Part shown: in pieces, positions 54,546 through 55,859 of the stretch
Layout of the letters: each line of letters opens with the position of its first letter
Numbering within the stretch: position 1 is the first letter of the stretch
Assembly: GCA_000388065.2 (NCBI GenBank)
Contig: KB932215.1
Reading direction: 5' to 3' (one strand)
DNA length: 55,859 nt
Source: Fonticula alba ATCC 38817
Lineage: Eukaryota > Protista > Nucleariida
Notes under the pieces: model-generated
The model's input: the letters and a program-made list of their open reading frames with translations, nothing else
The model's database searches: none
Told to the model about the DNA's origin: nothing
Translations under genes and position numbers: made by a program

Positions 54546-55859
54546 GTTGTGCGCTCCTGCGCCCGGGGACGGCCCCTGCGCCCTCCTCTCAGTTTTGGCT
54601 CCCGGACATGCGCCGGCGGCGGGCGAGGGCCTGGGGGGGGGGGGGGGGGGCCTGCCGTGCGTTCGCCACTGTCCGGTCCCCTCGCCGCCCCCGGTCCCCC
54701 CGTCGCCCCCGGCCTCTCCCGCCCCCCTGTCCCTTTTGGCGGCTGGCCACGCGGCCAGCCATGGCCCTCTCGGCCCCCTTTTGTACATTACCCCCTTGCC
54801 TCTCCCCCTCTCTCTCCCCCCCCCCCCCCACCTCCAACTATACCATGCCTTTGTGTTTGCCTTTTGTTGCGTGCGCGCCGCCGTCATGTGATGCGCCGCC
54901 ACACGGCCCCCGCCCGGGCATACTCACCTGGTCACACCTGGGGACGCTGGCGCGGGCCAGCACCGCGGCAAGAATGCGCCGTGTATGCGGCCGCGCCGGG
55001 TGGCAGAACGCGCGGAGAATGCGCCTCGGCCTGGCGGCGGTGCATTCCCCGGTGCCGGCGCGTCGCGGCCGGCCGGCCGGGAGAGGGGCAGGGCGACGTC
55101 GCGGCACCCTGCCCCGGCGGATGGCGCCCACGTACGCCCGGCTGTTGTGCGTGTGCGCCTTGCCGTGGTGGTGCTCATGCGTGGGGGAGAGCGGGGGTGC
55201 GCCCGTGTGACGATGCCCCGGCCGCGGCCTGTCTCCCCTGCCCCCCGCCCCCCGCCCCCTCGCGGCGGCCCCTGGCGCTGGGGCATTCTCGTCCATCTGG
55301 CCCCCGCCGCCCTTCTCGCGCCTCCGCCCCCTCGGTCCCCAGTGGGGGGAGGGGGGGATGTTGTGCATGCGCGCGTGACGGCTGACGCGCAGCCCCGCAC
55401 ATCGGCACACAACAGCACCTGCCCCCGGGGGTGGGGCGTGTGCCTCCTCGGGCGGCCCATAACCCTTGGCGCGGAGCCGGTGGGCCGCCAGCAAACACCG
55501 GTACCCGGCGGACTGTGTGCGTGGGGGGGGGGCAGGGGGGGGGGGGCACACCCGGCTCTCCCGTCCACCGACGTGCTCCGCATCATTTGCCGGGCCGGGG
55601 TGCCGGCGTGTCGAGGCCAAACGGCCGGCGTGGCTTTTTGCGTCCAGCCACTTGGCCCGGGGGCCCCTGGGCCACAGGTGCCTTGTGCCTCGCCCCCCCC
55701 CCGCTCCCCCACCTCCACGGAGGCGTGTGCCCCGGGGCGGTGACGGCGGCGCGGTGCTCGGTGAAAGCCACGCGCGCCGGTGAGCCCGAGCCCGAAACAG
55801 CGAGAGCCTCGAAAGGAACGGCAGCGCAGGGGGACGCGGGCCGGGACGGAGCCGACAGG

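Noticed and set aside
53731-55210. C-terminal extension of ORF 51074-55210
   Set aside because: Read-through of intron 53731-53977; the spliced frame switches to the 53745-54545 frame and stops at 54545.

Overview
Eukaryotic, very GC-rich draft genomic DNA with spliceosomal introns and 10 N-gaps. The gene content, the Gly/Ala/Pro/Ser-rich proteins and the assembly style fit a unicellular opisthokont such as Fonticula alba; this is inference and was not verified. Seven intron-containing or intronless protein genes were modelled by hand, using splice phase and domain continuity. (1) A 5'-truncated Sip3/Lam1-like PH-GRAM-VASt-TM sterol transfer protein (+, ends 7432). (2) A ~3,020-aa PX-PH phospholipase D with both HKD motifs (-, 7954-19303). 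(3) A 1,078-aa polyQ protein with two duplicated helix-turn-helix modules (-, 23235-26471). (4) Mitochondrial ribosomal protein bL17m (-). (5) Rpp20/POP7 (+), head-to-head with gene 4. (6) A TMEM181/Wntless-like membrane protein (+). (7) A >3,690-aa STE11/MEKK-type MAP3K with PH-PH-PB1-kinase architecture (+). Most ORFs in the supplied track are antisense or frame-shadow artefacts of high GC. The most interesting signals are: a Pax paired (PAI)-like HTH pair in a transcription-factor-like protein with no transposase domain; the PH-PH-PB1 MAP3K with Glu at the usual activation-loop phospho-Ser; an almost invariant GTRCGY splice donor (28 of 28 confidently modelled introns); and paired CxxC motifs inside giant low-complexity inserts that split folded domains. 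No tRNA, rRNA, CRISPR array or intact mobile element was recognised.
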